Part shown: positions 52,714 through 64,000 of the stretch, in pieces
How positions within the stretch are numbered: position 1 is the first letter of the stretch
Layout: each line of letters opens with the position of its first letter
Assembly (NCBI GenBank): GCA_964460855.1
Contig: CAYWQH010000008.1
Location: 5,795-69,794 of the forward strand
Direction: 5' to 3'
Length of the DNA stretch: 64,000 nucleotides
Source: an uncultured Candidatus Saccharibacteria bacterium
GTDB taxonomy: Bacteria; Patescibacteriota; Saccharimonadia; Saccharimonadales; UBA10212
Translations under genes and position numbers: made by a program
Notes under the pieces: model-generated
Told to the model about the DNA's origin: nothing
The model's input: only the letters and a program-made list of their open reading frames with translations
Database searches by the model: none

Positions 52714-53061
52714 ATGGACGACACAAAGCCCACTATAAATAAAAAGCCAGCCGCAATTGCGGTTGGTTGTTTTTTAATTTTGTTGCTAATAACTTTTGCT
52801 TACAACCCGAATAATAACGTCACCGCGATAATAATTTTTTTTCCACTTATGTTTGGACTATTACTAAGCAGCTCAATATATGTCGTCAGCCATTTTAAGC
52901 CGCTCGGGCACCGCAGGCTTATATATAAATTGGCAGTCGTAGAGGGCGCGGCGATATTAGCGTTAATGTTTTATTCTGTAAAATCACTACATTTAATAGA
53001 CGTTACAGTTATAATATTAATAACGTTTGGACTGATCTTTTATATAGACAGACGTTTTTAG
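52714..53061 (+). CDS. Small polytopic membrane protein
   Basis: 115 aa with about 4 hydrophobic helices. First gene after the 1.25-kb AT-rich gap. Confidence 0.55.
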   Translation: MDDTKPTINKKPAAIAVGCFLILLLITFAYNPNNNVTAIIIFFPLMFGLLLSSSIYVVSHFKPLGHRRLIYKLAVVEGAAILALMFYSVKSLHLIDVTVIILITFGLIFYIDRRF

Positions 53062-53101
53062 GCAACTTTTATCACCAGTAAGTATTTGGGCAGGGTATAA
53101 T

Positions 53102-53539
53102 TTGCATATGAATCCTAGTAGTAGCGAAGCTCAACATAGCTTGGAGCTGCCAAATCCAGAGCAGGGCCAAGAAGTAGACAATAATAAGATAGAAGCTGCC
53201 GGGGCTGCAGCTGAAGCCGGCAAGGCCGAAGCTGCTAACCAGGGTTCTCCGTCTGCAACTTCCGCACCAGCTACCGATCAGGCATCAGCCGATGCGTCGA
53301 GCTTAGCATTACCAGCAGCGCCAATAAAAGATAAATCATCCACTTCTAGCAAGGCTTCTTCGGTAGCTGATGATGTCGATCTGATAGAAAAAGAATGGGT
53401 CGACCGGGCTAAACATATAGTTGAAAAAACTAAAGACGACCCATATTTGCAGAATAAGGAAATGAATAAAGCTAAAGCCGAATATATCGAGACACGGTGG
53501 AATAAGAAAATAAAATTAGCTGATGAACAGCCGAGGTAA
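53102..53539 (+). CDS. Hypothetical protein with disordered Ala/Ser-rich N-terminus and conserved-looking helical C-terminus
   Basis: 145 aa (TTG 53102 or ATG 53108). The stop overlaps the next start (taatg), indicating translational coupling to the ATPase. Confidence 0.5.
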   Translation: MHMNPSSSEAQHSLELPNPEQGQEVDNNKIEAAGAAAEAGKAEAANQGSPSATSAPATDQASADASSLALPAAPIKDKSSTSSKASSVADDVDLIEKEWVDRAKHIVEKTKDDPYLQNKEMNKAKAEYIETRWNKKIKLADEQPR

Positions 53540-56514
53540 TGAACTTTCTTGTTTTTATATTAATTACGTTTCTGGCTATCGCTGTTATTGGCGTTAGCAT
53601 TGCCTACTTTTATATAAGGAAAATTAACCGGGAACAGAAAAACTATGAGCGGGGCTTAAAAATGGTGCCCTTACTTATACATTTGCCACCCCCAAGTGAC
53701 GACACTGACTCGCAGGGACGCGACAAAAGGGATGTAGTAGATGAAAACGTTTCGAAAGCCCAGATCTTATATAATATCCTGTCCAGTACTTTTAAGAAGG
53801 GTTTTAAGTCCAAATATTACGGTCAGCGGCATATTGCTTTTGAAATAGTCGCCCAAAAAGGTTTTGTTCAGTTTTATACAGCCGTACCTGTTACGTTATT
53901 AGATGTTGTACAACAAGCTATCCTAAGCGCCTATCCTTCGGCTCGGCTGGAAGAAGTAGCAGAGCACAATGTATTTAGCCCTGTGGGGCGCATAAGCGGT
54001 ACTCTAGGCGGCGAACTAGTACTAAAAGAAAACTACGCCTATCCGATCGCTACTTTCCAAGATTTAAAGCGCGATGCCATGCAATCGTTGTTAAGTGCCT
54101 TGTCGACACTCGAAAAAGACGATGGGGTAGGCATACAGATATTGATCAGGCCGGCAGACCCTGGCTGGCGTAAGCGGGCCACTTCGGTGAGTGATAAAAA
54201 ACGTAAAGGCGGCAAAAATTCCAGTTCATTACCAGCTGCCATTGGTGTATTCGGCCAGGCTGTTACCGCTTTAAACAAGCCGCCGGAAAGCAAGAATGAT
54301 AAGGATAGCACTCCGGATAAGCCTTTATCTTCGCTGGACCAATCGATAGTTGATGCTATAGACGATAAAACCAGGCATCCCGGATACGAAGTATTGATAA
54401 GGGTTGTAGCTTCGTCAAACCTTACCCAGCGCTCACAGAGCATTCTTAATAATATTATCGCAACGTTTTCTTTGTTTGACGCTCCGGGTAGAAACGGCTT
54501 TAAGTTCATCCCGGCCAAAGACATAGACAGCTTCGTAACGGCTTACATATTAAGGTTCTTCCCCCAGGAAAATAAAAATACGATCTTAAACAGCGTGGAA
54601 CTTTCAACTCTATTCCATTTTCCGGATCAGAGTAATATCCCGACGACCCAGCTTGAGAGGCAAGCTTCCAAGCAAGTTGACGGGCCCCGAAATATTTCTG
54701 AAGACGGCTTGCTGTTGGGATATAACGTTTTTAGGGGTGCTAAGAAGGCCATAAGGCTAAGCCTTAACGACCGCCGGCGGCATATGTACGTTGTTGGCCA
54801 AACGGGTACGGGTAAATCGACCTTCCTGGAAAACCTGGCGCTGCAGGATATGTTAGAAGGCCGGGGTTTCGCGTTCGTCGACCCCCATGGTGATACCGTA
54901 GAAAAGCTTATGGCTATGGTTCCTAAAGAGAGAACAGAAGATGTAATTTATTTTTCGCCGGCCGATATGGAATACCCGATGGGCTTAAATATGTTTGAGT
55001 TCCACAGCCCTGAGCAAAAGGACTTTTTAATCCAAGAAGCTATAAATATGCTCTACAAGCTGTACGACCCGCAGCACCAGGGAATTATCGGTCCAAGGTA
55101 TGAGCACTGGTTCAGGAACGCTGCACTTACACTGATGGCTGATCCCGAAGGATCGACTTTTATCGATATCCCTAATGTATTCCAGGATTCGAAGTATTTA
55201 AAGCAGAAACTACAATACGTAAAAGACCAGACCGTCCTGGACTTTTGGAATAAAGAGATGGCCCAAACCAGCGACTTCCATAAAAGTGAAGTTATGGGTT
55301 GGTTTGTCAGCAAGTTCGGCGCTTTCCGCAGCAACGAAATGATGCGTAATATTATCGGCCAAACGAAAAGTTCATACAATTTACGCACTATCATGGACGA
55401 AGGCAAAATACTTTTCGTTAACTTAAGCAAAGGACGGACTGGCGAACTAAATTCTAAACTTTTGGGCATGATTTTCGTAATGAAAATACAAGCCGCCGCT
55501 ATGAGCCGGGCCAGCATAACCGAAGAAGAGCGAAACGATTTTTGTTTGTATGTAGACGAGTTCCAGAACTTCTCTACCGACTCTATCGCCGATATCTTAA
55601 GCGAGGCCAGGAAATACCGACTTAATCTCGCAGTAGCCAACCAGTTCACCACCCAATTAACTGATCAAATCCGCGATGCAGTTTTTGGAAATGTTGGTAC
55701 TATCGTATCCCATCGCGTAGGTACGGCAGACGCTGAAGCTTTAGCCAAAGTTTTCCAGCCGATATTTGATATAGAAGATTTGCAGCGCATACCTAATGCA
55801 AATAGTATCGTACGAATGTTAATTGGCGGTGTACCGACGCAGCCGTTTAGCATGGCGAACTTACCACCGCTAGGCAAACCGAATATGCAGCTAGCAGATG
55901 CCTTAAAACAGCTCTCTGCAGCCAAATACGGCCGCCCTAAGGCTGTCGTAGAAGCTGAAATATTTAAGCGACTGGCCGTTAAAGAAGACGCTACCAAAGC
56001 AGCAGGGGCCGCATTTGACGCGTTTAACGTTCCTGGCAGGCCGGCACCTACAATACCAGGATCACCCACAACCCCCAGTGCCCCCGGATCAGGCTCGTCT
56101 TTTCTGGACGAATGGCTGGCAAAGCGTAAAGCCCAGCTCAAACAGCAGGAATCCATTTATGCCACACCGTACGGCACTAAAAGTAACGAAGATCCGGCAG
56201 CTGAATTAAAAGGAGTGGCTAACGCCCAGGTTGAACCACCTACCGTTAAAAAAGTCGATCCAATTGAACAACCACCAGCTAAAGTGGAAGCTAAACCAGC
56301 CGGATTAGTGGAAAGGGCTGAGACTGCCCAACCAACTACTGCCAATAAGCCGGCAAAAATGGCGTTGCCGGCAATCGACTTGAGTAAAACTGAGCACGAA
56401 GTCCATTTAGGCTCGGCGCCTACTGACGAAGTGCAAACGATCTATATCGATAAAGACGGCAATTTAGTTTACGACGAAGGCGTGGCGCCGGCTGCCCCAA
56501 ACCCCCAAAAATAG
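53539..56514 (+). CDS. Membrane-anchored VirD4/TraD-like (type IV coupling protein-like) P-loop NTPase
   Basis: One N-terminal TM helix. Walker A YVVGQTGTGKSTFLENL, FVDPHGD, Walker B LYVDEFQNF, ARKYRLNLAVANQFTTQL, and a Pro/Ala-rich C-terminal tail. Confidence 0.65.
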   Translation: MNFLVFILITFLAIAVIGVSIAYFYIRKINREQKNYERGLKMVPLLIHLPPPSDDTDSQGRDKRDVVDENVSKAQILYNILSSTFKKGFKSKYYGQRHIAFEIVAQKGFVQFYTAVPVTLLDVVQQAILSAYPSARLEEVAEHNVFSPVGRISGTLGGELVLKENYAYPIATFQDLKRDAMQSLLSALSTLEKDDGVGIQILIRPADPGWRKRATSVSDKKRKGGKNSSSLPAAIGVFGQAVTALNKPPESKNDKDSTPDKPLSSLDQSIVDAIDDKTRHPGYEVLIRVVASSNLTQRSQSILNNIIATFSLFDAPGRNGFKFIPAKDIDSFVTAYILRFFPQENKNTILNSVELSTLFHFPDQSNIPTTQLERQASKQVDGPRNISEDGLLLGYNVFRGAKKAIRLSLNDRRRHMYVVGQTGTGKSTFLENLALQDMLEGRGFAFVDPHGDTVEKLMAMVPKERTEDVIYFSPADMEYPMGLNMFEFHSPEQKDFLIQEAINMLYKLYDPQHQGIIGPRYEHWFRNAALTLMADPEGSTFIDIPNVFQDSKYLKQKLQYVKDQTVLDFWNKEMAQTSDFHKSEVMGWFVSKFGAFRSNEMMRNIIGQTKSSYNLRTIMDEGKILFVNLSKGRTGELNSKLLGMIFVMKIQAAAMSRASITEEERNDFCLYVDEFQNFSTDSIADILSEARKYRLNLAVANQFTTQLTDQIRDAVFGNVGTIVSHRVGTADAEALAKVFQPIFDIEDLQRIPNANSIVRMLIGGVPTQPFSMANLPPLGKPNMQLADALKQLSAAKYGRPKAVVEAEIFKRLAVKEDATKAAGAAFDAFNVPGRPAPTIPGSPTTPSAPGSGSSFLDEWLAKRKAQLKQQESIYATPYGTKSNEDPAAELKGVANAQVEPPTVKKVDPIEQPPAKVEAKPAGLVERAETAQPTTANKPAKMALPAIDLSKTEHEVHLGSAPTDEVQTIYIDKDGNLVYDEGVAPAAPNPQK

Positions 56515-56515
56515 A

Positions 56516-57085
56516 TTACTGGCTCTGCGGCTTTATATAATGCCAAATAAATTCCATAGCCAAGCCGATAATAAACCCGCCCAGTAAAAACATCAGGTAC
56601 CACGATGTATTGTAGGTGTAACCGAAGTGCTTTGTAATGTAAAAATATGCTGACGTACCCAATAAGGCCATCAAGCCGCCGCCCAATAAACCGGAGGGCC
56701 GGGCAACTGTTTTTGAACTTACTTCGCTAATACTATCTATTACCGGTTGATGGATAACCGAACTAAACATTTTTTGGTAGGCCGGCAAGCGCCGCCTGAT
56801 CCTTGACATGTTCCTTTGATAAGCCGAATCTTTCAACTCCCTTGTTATATAAGTATGTCCGGTAGCAGGCTCTTTTTCTCCATGGACATGATGTTCTTTG
56901 CCGCTGACCGCCTCTTTTTTGGCGGCATGGTGTAATTGTTCTATTTGATGCTGGGCATTATGCTCACGCTCCACTTTTGCAGCGTGTTGCAGCTTTTCGG
57001 CCAATAATTCCTGTGAACGGTGGTCGTTATGTGTTTCGGCCGGCGCGTGCCTCTCGTGGTGATTGTGGTGGATGGTTTCGCTCAT
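56516..57085 (-). CDS. His-rich membrane protein
   Basis: The N-terminal ~70 aa are rich in His (HHNHHERH.., EHHVHGEK). Two C-terminal TM helices. The stop lies 1 nt from the convergent ATPase stop. Confidence 0.55.
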   Translation of the reverse strand: MSETIHHNHHERHAPAETHNDHRSQELLAEKLQHAAKVEREHNAQHQIEQLHHAAKKEAVSGKEHHVHGEKEPATGHTYITRELKDSAYQRNMSRIRRRLPAYQKMFSSVIHQPVIDSISEVSSKTVARPSGLLGGGLMALLGTSAYFYITKHFGYTYNTSWYLMFLLGGFIIGLAMEFIWHYIKPQSQ

Positions 57086-57095
57086 ATTATAAATC

Positions 57096-58991
57096 CTAAC
57101 TGTCAGAACCAGCTTGGTCCGCCTTAATAATATCTAGCTCTTTTGCGATTAACCGGCTTCGGGCAAAGAAGTAGCCCGCAGCCAGGGCAACAATGAAACC
57201 GCACATTACTCCTAAGCCGGGCCCGGTATTGGGTAATTCATTGGAGGCAGTTTCTATATTCTTAACTAGCGGGCAGCTAACACTCATCTTTACTTCATTA
57301 CCATATAAGTTCGAAATCGTGCAGTTGTAGTCCGCTGAAACATTAGAGGGCCGGTTAGTGCTGGGAATTACTGCCTTAACTTTAACGGTTATTACTTTAA
57401 TGTCACTGCTGTTACCTTTGATAACGGCTGTATTCCACCTTAGGAACTTATCGCTTGTTAATGTAATACCTTGTTTCTCCAAGCTGGAAGGGTCAACTAT
57501 ATCGGCGTATTGCAAAACATTGCCAAAGAAGTCCTCGCCTTTATAGTTTTTAAAATCGGATGAAGTAACATTTTGGGTATTAAGGGTAAACTTCAGAACG
57601 TCATTGTTTTTAACTTTGGTACCGGAAGCATTCGACAAGTTCTCGGTCACATTAGCTACCGATTTGCTTTGAACTAATCGGGGCTCTTCACTGACATTCA
57701 GGCTTACAGGGCAGTTAACGGTATTAAAAAGTTTGCCGGTTGGTGATTTTAGCTGCGCGGTAACGTTTATCGTATGATTACCGGGCTTAAAGTTATTAAA
57801 TGTCTTAGTGTGGGTTGTTTGGCCAGTTTTATCCGAAGTGTCTAGCTTGGAGTTATTATCAATGCCATAGTTATATGCCTGGACCATAGCCCCGCCGCTT
57901 ACAAAAGTTTCTGTTTTTACACTAAAGTCATTATTTGATTTTGGCAGGAAAGCGCTGGAAGAAACACAATATCCGCTGGCAGTTACAGGCGGCGGGGTGC
58001 AAGCGGCCCCGGAACAAGGCGGATTTATAACAACAACGCAAGGTTGCTCAGAATCAGAAGAGCCAGTTTCCTTCGAACTTACTGTGGCCTGGTTGCAAAT
58101 TACAGTACCGCTTTTGAGCCGTGGTTTAACCTTAACGGTTAATATCCGGGAGCGGTTTATAGTTGTAAAGCCTAAGCTGTCCTTCTGGATAGTTAAAATT
58201 CCGCCGTTATTGCTGCTGATGCCTTCCAGGCTTACATAATCAAAGTTGGCGGCTACCCGGTCGGTCAGCTTAAAATTAGTGGCCAATGAATCTTCAACAG
58301 TATTACGAAACTCCAACCTGAATTTAACGGTATCGCCGGGCTTTACCTTATTAGGGGTTAACAGTGTTTTATGTACGGTAAGCTTCGGTTTTGGAGGCTT
58401 GGGCAAGTAAGGGCCGTGAAACGTAGCGTTACCGCAATCCTGAAGTATCCAAAAACCTACGCCAAACTGGTTAACTCCATGAAATGCTTTATAACTGCTG
58501 GACGGGCCCGTATCCCAGGCATGCAGCGGTCGTTGGTAAACGTTTAAGCTGCCGGATATTTTTACCGTACGCTCTCCCCAGTGGGTACTGCTTATACCAA
58601 AATCCGACAAAGGCAAACGTCCAATGCTCCACCAATCTGAACTGGTTGAAACAACTGTAGAGTTAGGGCTTTGGCCCGGTATATTGGCAATATTCTGACG
58701 GGTTATACCAAACTTACCGTATATTTCCCGGACATTGCCGGTGTTTGCGTCCCAGGCCCTTAGGATACTTTGCTTATTGCTAATGCCATCCAGTATATGA
58801 TTGGGCGATGCCGCCAGGGATTTTTGGGCGGGGTAGAGGGCGGCTAAAGTTTGTACTACCAAGGCCATCGCTATCAAAATAAAACCTAGTCGTCTAACGC
58901 CGGCTTCTTGGCGCAGCCGTTTACTATAAAAATTAACCTGGTGGATTAACCCCGGGTTATAGGGTAAGTTTGCGAGTAACTTTTTGAACAT
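57096..58991 (-). CDS. LPXTG-anchored surface protein with repeated Ig/DUF11-like beta domains
   Basis: N-terminal TM/signal (RRLGFILIAMALVVQTLAAL). C-terminal sorting signal LPNTG (57222-57236), then a hydrophobic stretch, then ARSR. Confidence 0.75.
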   Translation of the reverse strand: MFKKLLANLPYNPGLIHQVNFYSKRLRQEAGVRRLGFILIAMALVVQTLAALYPAQKSLAASPNHILDGISNKQSILRAWDANTGNVREIYGKFGITRQNIANIPGQSPNSTVVSTSSDWWSIGRLPLSDFGISSTHWGERTVKISGSLNVYQRPLHAWDTGPSSSYKAFHGVNQFGVGFWILQDCGNATFHGPYLPKPPKPKLTVHKTLLTPNKVKPGDTVKFRLEFRNTVEDSLATNFKLTDRVAANFDYVSLEGISSNNGGILTIQKDSLGFTTINRSRILTVKVKPRLKSGTVICNQATVSSKETGSSDSEQPCVVVINPPCSGAACTPPPVTASGYCVSSSAFLPKSNNDFSVKTETFVSGGAMVQAYNYGIDNNSKLDTSDKTGQTTHTKTFNNFKPGNHTINVTAQLKSPTGKLFNTVNCPVSLNVSEEPRLVQSKSVANVTENLSNASGTKVKNNDVLKFTLNTQNVTSSDFKNYKGEDFFGNVLQYADIVDPSSLEKQGITLTSDKFLRWNTAVIKGNSSDIKVITVKVKAVIPSTNRPSNVSADYNCTISNLYGNEVKMSVSCPLVKNIETASNELPNTGPGLGVMCGFIVALAAGYFFARSRLIAKELDIIKADQAGSDS

Positions 58992-59133
58992 ACGTACCTT
59001 TATTTTTTGTATGCGATATGCTAATGCTATTTAAACATAAAAAAATGTGTTCATACAAGGGTATGAGCATTGTTATTTGAGGCCATTTCTTCTATAATAT
59101 AAGGAAGAGTAATAGCTAATTTATTTTAATTGA

Positions 59134-61113
<1,980 letters not shown>

Positions 61114-61116
61114 ATT

Positions 61117-63669
61117 ATGGATGAGCAATTGCCCTTTGAACCTGCTAGCGGCGAAGCCGAAATCATAACGCCAACGCATTCTAAAAGTTTAGAATTGCGA
61201 ACTGTTGAAAACGTAATGGAGGATAATTACCTCCGTTATTCGATGAGCGTTATTGTTCAGCGGGCTTTGCCGGATGTTAGAGACGGCATGAAGCCGGTAC
61301 ACCGCCGCATTTTATATGTAATGAGCCTAAATAACCTTACGCACAGCGCTAAGTACCGTAAAAGTGCTACTGTTGTGGGCGACGTGATGGGTAACTACCA
61401 CCCCCATGGTGACGTAGCAATCTATGATGCCATGGTTCGTTTAGCCCAGGACTTTTCTACCAGATATATGCTTGTCGACGGGCAAGGCAATTATGGGTCA
61501 ATGGACGGCGACCCGCCGGCAGCCATGCGTTATACCGAAGCCAGGATGACCCGTATTTCAGAAGAAATGCTGGCAGATATTGATAAGGAAACCGTAGACT
61601 TCCGCGGCAACTATGACGATTCCAAGAAGGAGCCAACTGTATTACCAGCAAAACTGCCAAACCTATTACTTAACGGCCAAATGGGTATAGCTGTCGGCAT
61701 GGCTACAAATATTCCGCCGCATAACATCTCTGAACTAATCGATGCCACTATAATGCTGGTCGATAAGCCGAATGCTACTGTAGATGACCTTATGGAGCAC
61801 ATCCAAGGCCCCGATTTTCCAACAGGGGGCATTGTATATGGCAAAGAGTCAATTAGGACTTGCTTTGCGACCGGCAGGGGCGGGGTTATCGTCAGGGGTG
61901 TTGCCGATATAGAAGAAACCGGCAAAGGCGGACGTCACCGCATTGTTATTACGGAAATACCTTACGCCCTGAATAAGGCGTCTTTAATTGAAAAAATAGC
62001 CGAACTGGTAAATCATAAAGACCGTAAGATCACCGGCATCAGTGATATCCGAGACGAAAGCTCCCGCGGTACTGTCAGGATTGTAATCGACCTTAAAAAA
62101 GACGCTTATCCTAAGAAGTTACTGAACCAGTTATATAAACTGACACCGCTGCAGACAACCTTTCACTATAATATGCTGGCCCTGATAGACGGTATTCAAC
62201 CGCGGATATTGGGACTGCAGGATATTCTTCTGGAGTTTATCAAGCATCGCCAATCAGTAGTCCGGCGCCGGACCGAATTCGAACTGCGGAAAGCCAAGGA
62301 TCGCGCTCATATTCTTGAAGGCCTTAAAATCGCTTTAGACAATATTGATGAAGTTATCGCTACCATCCGGGCAAGTCAAACAACCGAAGAAGCCCAAGCT
62401 AATTTAATGAAAAAATTCAAACTGACCGACATCCAGGCTAGGGCCATACTTGGTATGCAGCTGCGCCAATTAGCCGGATTGGAGCGCAAAAAGATCGAAG
62501 ACGAATTAGCTGAATTAATTAAGCTGATAACTGAGCTGGAAGCAGTATTAGCTGATGAACGTCGTATTCTTGACATCATTAAGCAAGAGCTTAAAGAGAT
62601 GAAAAAACTCTACGGTGATGAGCGCCGAACTAAGATAATCGCACAGGAATTGAACAAACTAACAGAGGAAGATCTAGTTCCCGATGAACAAGTAGTTGTA
62701 ACTATAACATCAGCCAATTATATAAAAAGGAGCTCGATTGTAGATTACAAGAAACAAGGCCGGGGCGGTAAAGGCAAGCGTGGCATGACCACCCGCGAAG
62801 AAGATATGATCGAACATTTGGTTAACGCCAGTACCCATGACTTCTTACTTTTCTTTACCAACAAAGGGCGGGTGTTCCGGCTTAAGACTTACGAAGTTCC
62901 ATCAACCGGCTTAAATGCCAAAGGCGTAGCGCTGGTTAACTTATTGCAGTTGCAGCCAGAAGAGATCGTTACATCAGTAATCAATGTTTCTAAGCAAGAC
63001 GCAGCTACTCACTTATTTATGTGTACCAAGCGCGGAGTAGTAAAGAAAACACCTTTTGAGCAATACCAAAATGTACGCAACTCGGGTCTAATAGCAATTA
63101 ACCTAGACGACGGTGATGAACTTAAATGGATACGCATGACAACCGGCGACAACGAAGTAATCATATCTACTGCCCAGGGGCAGGCCAATAGGTTCCATGA
63201 AAAGAATGTACGTCCGATGGGCCGTGTATCTAGGGGCGTAAGGGGAATACGCTTAAGGGCTGGCGATGAAGTTATCGGAATGGATATTGTAGAAGATGAT
63301 TCGTCCTTATTCGTGATTAGCGAATTGGGCTACGGCAAGCGTACTAAGGTAAAACAATTTACCCCTCATTCCCGGGGTGGAGTTGGCATCCGTTCCGCAG
63401 TGGTAAACAGTAAGACCGGCAAATTGGTTGGCGTAAAGTCGTTAGTCGGCACCGAACAAGAAGTAATAATTATTTCGGCCATGGGCCAATCTATCCGTTT
63501 AGGTATGAAAAACATCCCGGAATTAGGCCGGGCAACGCAAGGCGTAAGAATTATGCGCTTAAACGATAGCGATACAGTAGTGTCCTTAGCCTTATTGGAA
63601 AAACAAGAAGATATCATCGATGAGGCAGACGCCGAAACACCTTTGGAGAACGTAGTTGTAGTACCTTAG
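61117..63669 (+). CDS. gyrA: DNA gyrase subunit A
   Basis: [37 protein letters not shown] (catalytic Tyr), GyrA-box-like [10 protein letters not shown], and a C-terminal beta-pinwheel. Confidence 0.95.
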   Translation: MDEQLPFEPASGEAEIITPTHSKSLELRTVENVMEDNYLRYSMSVIVQRALPDVRDGMKPVHRRILYVMSLNNLTHSAKYRKSATVVGDVMGNYHPHGDVAIYDAMVRLAQDFSTRYMLVDGQGNYGSMDGDPPAAMRYTEARMTRISEEMLADIDKETVDFRGNYDDSKKEPTVLPAKLPNLLLNGQMGIAVGMATNIPPHNISELIDATIMLVDKPNATVDDLMEHIQGPDFPTGGIVYGKESIRTCFATGRGGVIVRGVADIEETGKGGRHRIVITEIPYALNKASLIEKIAELVNHKDRKITGISDIRDESSRGTVRIVIDLKKDAYPKKLLNQLYKLTPLQTTFHYNMLALIDGIQPRILGLQDILLEFIKHRQSVVRRRTEFELRKAKDRAHILEGLKIALDNIDEVIATIRASQTTEEAQANLMKKFKLTDIQARAILGMQLRQLAGLERKKIEDELAELIKLITELEAVLADERRILDIIKQELKEMKKLYGDERRTKIIAQELNKLTEEDLVPDEQVVVTITSANYIKRSSIVDYKKQGRGGKGKRGMTTREEDMIEHLVNASTHDFLLFFTNKGRVFRLKTYEVPSTGLNAKGVALVNLLQLQPEEIVTSVINVSKQDAATHLFMCTKRGVVKKTPFEQYQNVRNSGLIAINLDDGDELKWIRMTTGDNEVIISTAQGQANRFHEKNVRPMGRVSRGVRGIRLRAGDEVIGMDIVEDDSSLFVISELGYGKRTKVKQFTPHSRGGVGIRSAVVNSKTGKLVGVKSLVGTEQEVIIISAMGQSIRLGMKNIPELGRATQGVRIMRLNDSDTVVSLALLEKQEDIIDEADAETPLENVVVVP

Positions 63670-63671
63670 CT

Positions 63672-64000
63672 ATGAGCGACTATATTTACCTGATTGCACC
63701 GCTTACCGCCTGGATACTGGCCCAGCTTATTAAAATTGGTCTCTCCATCCGTAAAAAAGGCTTTAGCTTATCTGAAACCTGGGAGTCCGGCGGTATGCCC
63801 AGCGCCCATACGGCCGGTATTATCGCGCTGCTAACAGTTATTGGGATTAGGTTTAGCGTTACCGACCCTCTATTTGCCATATGTTTTACGGTGGCAGGGA
63901 TAGTGATATATGACGCTATAGGCGTTAGGCGAACAGCGGGTGAAAACGCCTTAGCTATCAAACAAATAGAACGTAAATTAAAAGACCACCCCACTGTTAA
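63672..64000 (+). CDS. Divergent PAP2 / DUF212-type membrane protein (3' end cut by window edge)
   Basis: Not in the track because no stop is reached. MSDYIYLIAPLTAWILAQLIKI...SGGMPSAHTAGIIALL...IVIYDAIGVRR. The antisense track ORF 63686..63994 is its shadow. Confidence 0.65.
   Translation, partial: MSDYIYLIAPLTAWILAQLIKIGLSIRKKGFSLSETWESGGMPSAHTAGIIALLTVIGIRFSVTDPLFAICFTVAGIVIYDAIGVRRTAGENALAIKQIERKLKDHPTV

Noticed and set aside
63686-63994. 102-aa minus-strand ORF at the window end.
   Set aside because: The plus strand carries an open frame from the ATG at 63672 with the GGMPSAHTA / YDAIGVRR motifs of the DUF212/PAP2-like family. The minus ORF is its shadow.

Overview
This is a 64-kb chromosomal window with compact, mostly plus-strand housekeeping genes. 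By inference it comes from a monoderm-like, reduced-genome bacterium, probably Patescibacteria/CPR and Saccharibacteria-like. The grounds are a secretin-less type IV pilus (T4P) locus, an LPXTG protein and many orphan ORFs.

Recognisable content:
- Replication, repair and cell division: rnj (5' truncated), ftsK, ssb, xerC/D-like, comM/yifB, gyrB-gyrA, an alkyltransferase-like MGMT homolog, a NUDIX hydrolase.
- Translation: rpsF-ssb-rpsR, efp, tlyA, ychF, thrS, miaA, tgt, rpmB, infC-rpmI-rplT.
- Regulation and other functions: ndk, marR, a processive GT2 glycosyltransferase, nrdR, an M50 protease.
- Type IV pilus locus at 20.7-32.2 kb: pilM-N-O, pilB, pilT, pilC, pilA, pilD and four minor pilins.
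- RNA genes: six tRNAs (Arg-CCT, Asp-GTC, Gly-CCC, Thr-CGT, Val-GAC, Pro-GGG) and RNase P RNA.

Observations most worth follow-up:
1. A ~0.56-kb high-GC, high-GC3 orphan ORF sits between tRNA genes and looks horizontally acquired.
2. A family of structured repeats trails the minus-strand tRNA genes, and the stems covary between copies.
3. A two-gene module (TM/TPR-like protein plus a ~1000-aa secreted protein) is duplicated directly upstream of the pilus operon.
4. A 1.25-kb AT-rich region without ORFs leads into an operon with an orphan VirD4/TraD-like ATPase. That operon converges on an LPXTG surface-protein operon.
5. A structured thrS leader carries a T-box-like motif and a strong intrinsic terminator.
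6. An exact 10-mer, TATCCACTAG (DnaA-box-like), recurs at two regulatory junctions.
7. A perfect 20-bp NrdR-box-like palindrome overlaps the nrdR start codon.
8. One ORF fuses a PCD/DCoH domain to an RNase H domain.

All calls rest on reading the sequence and the ORF translations. No database search was possible.
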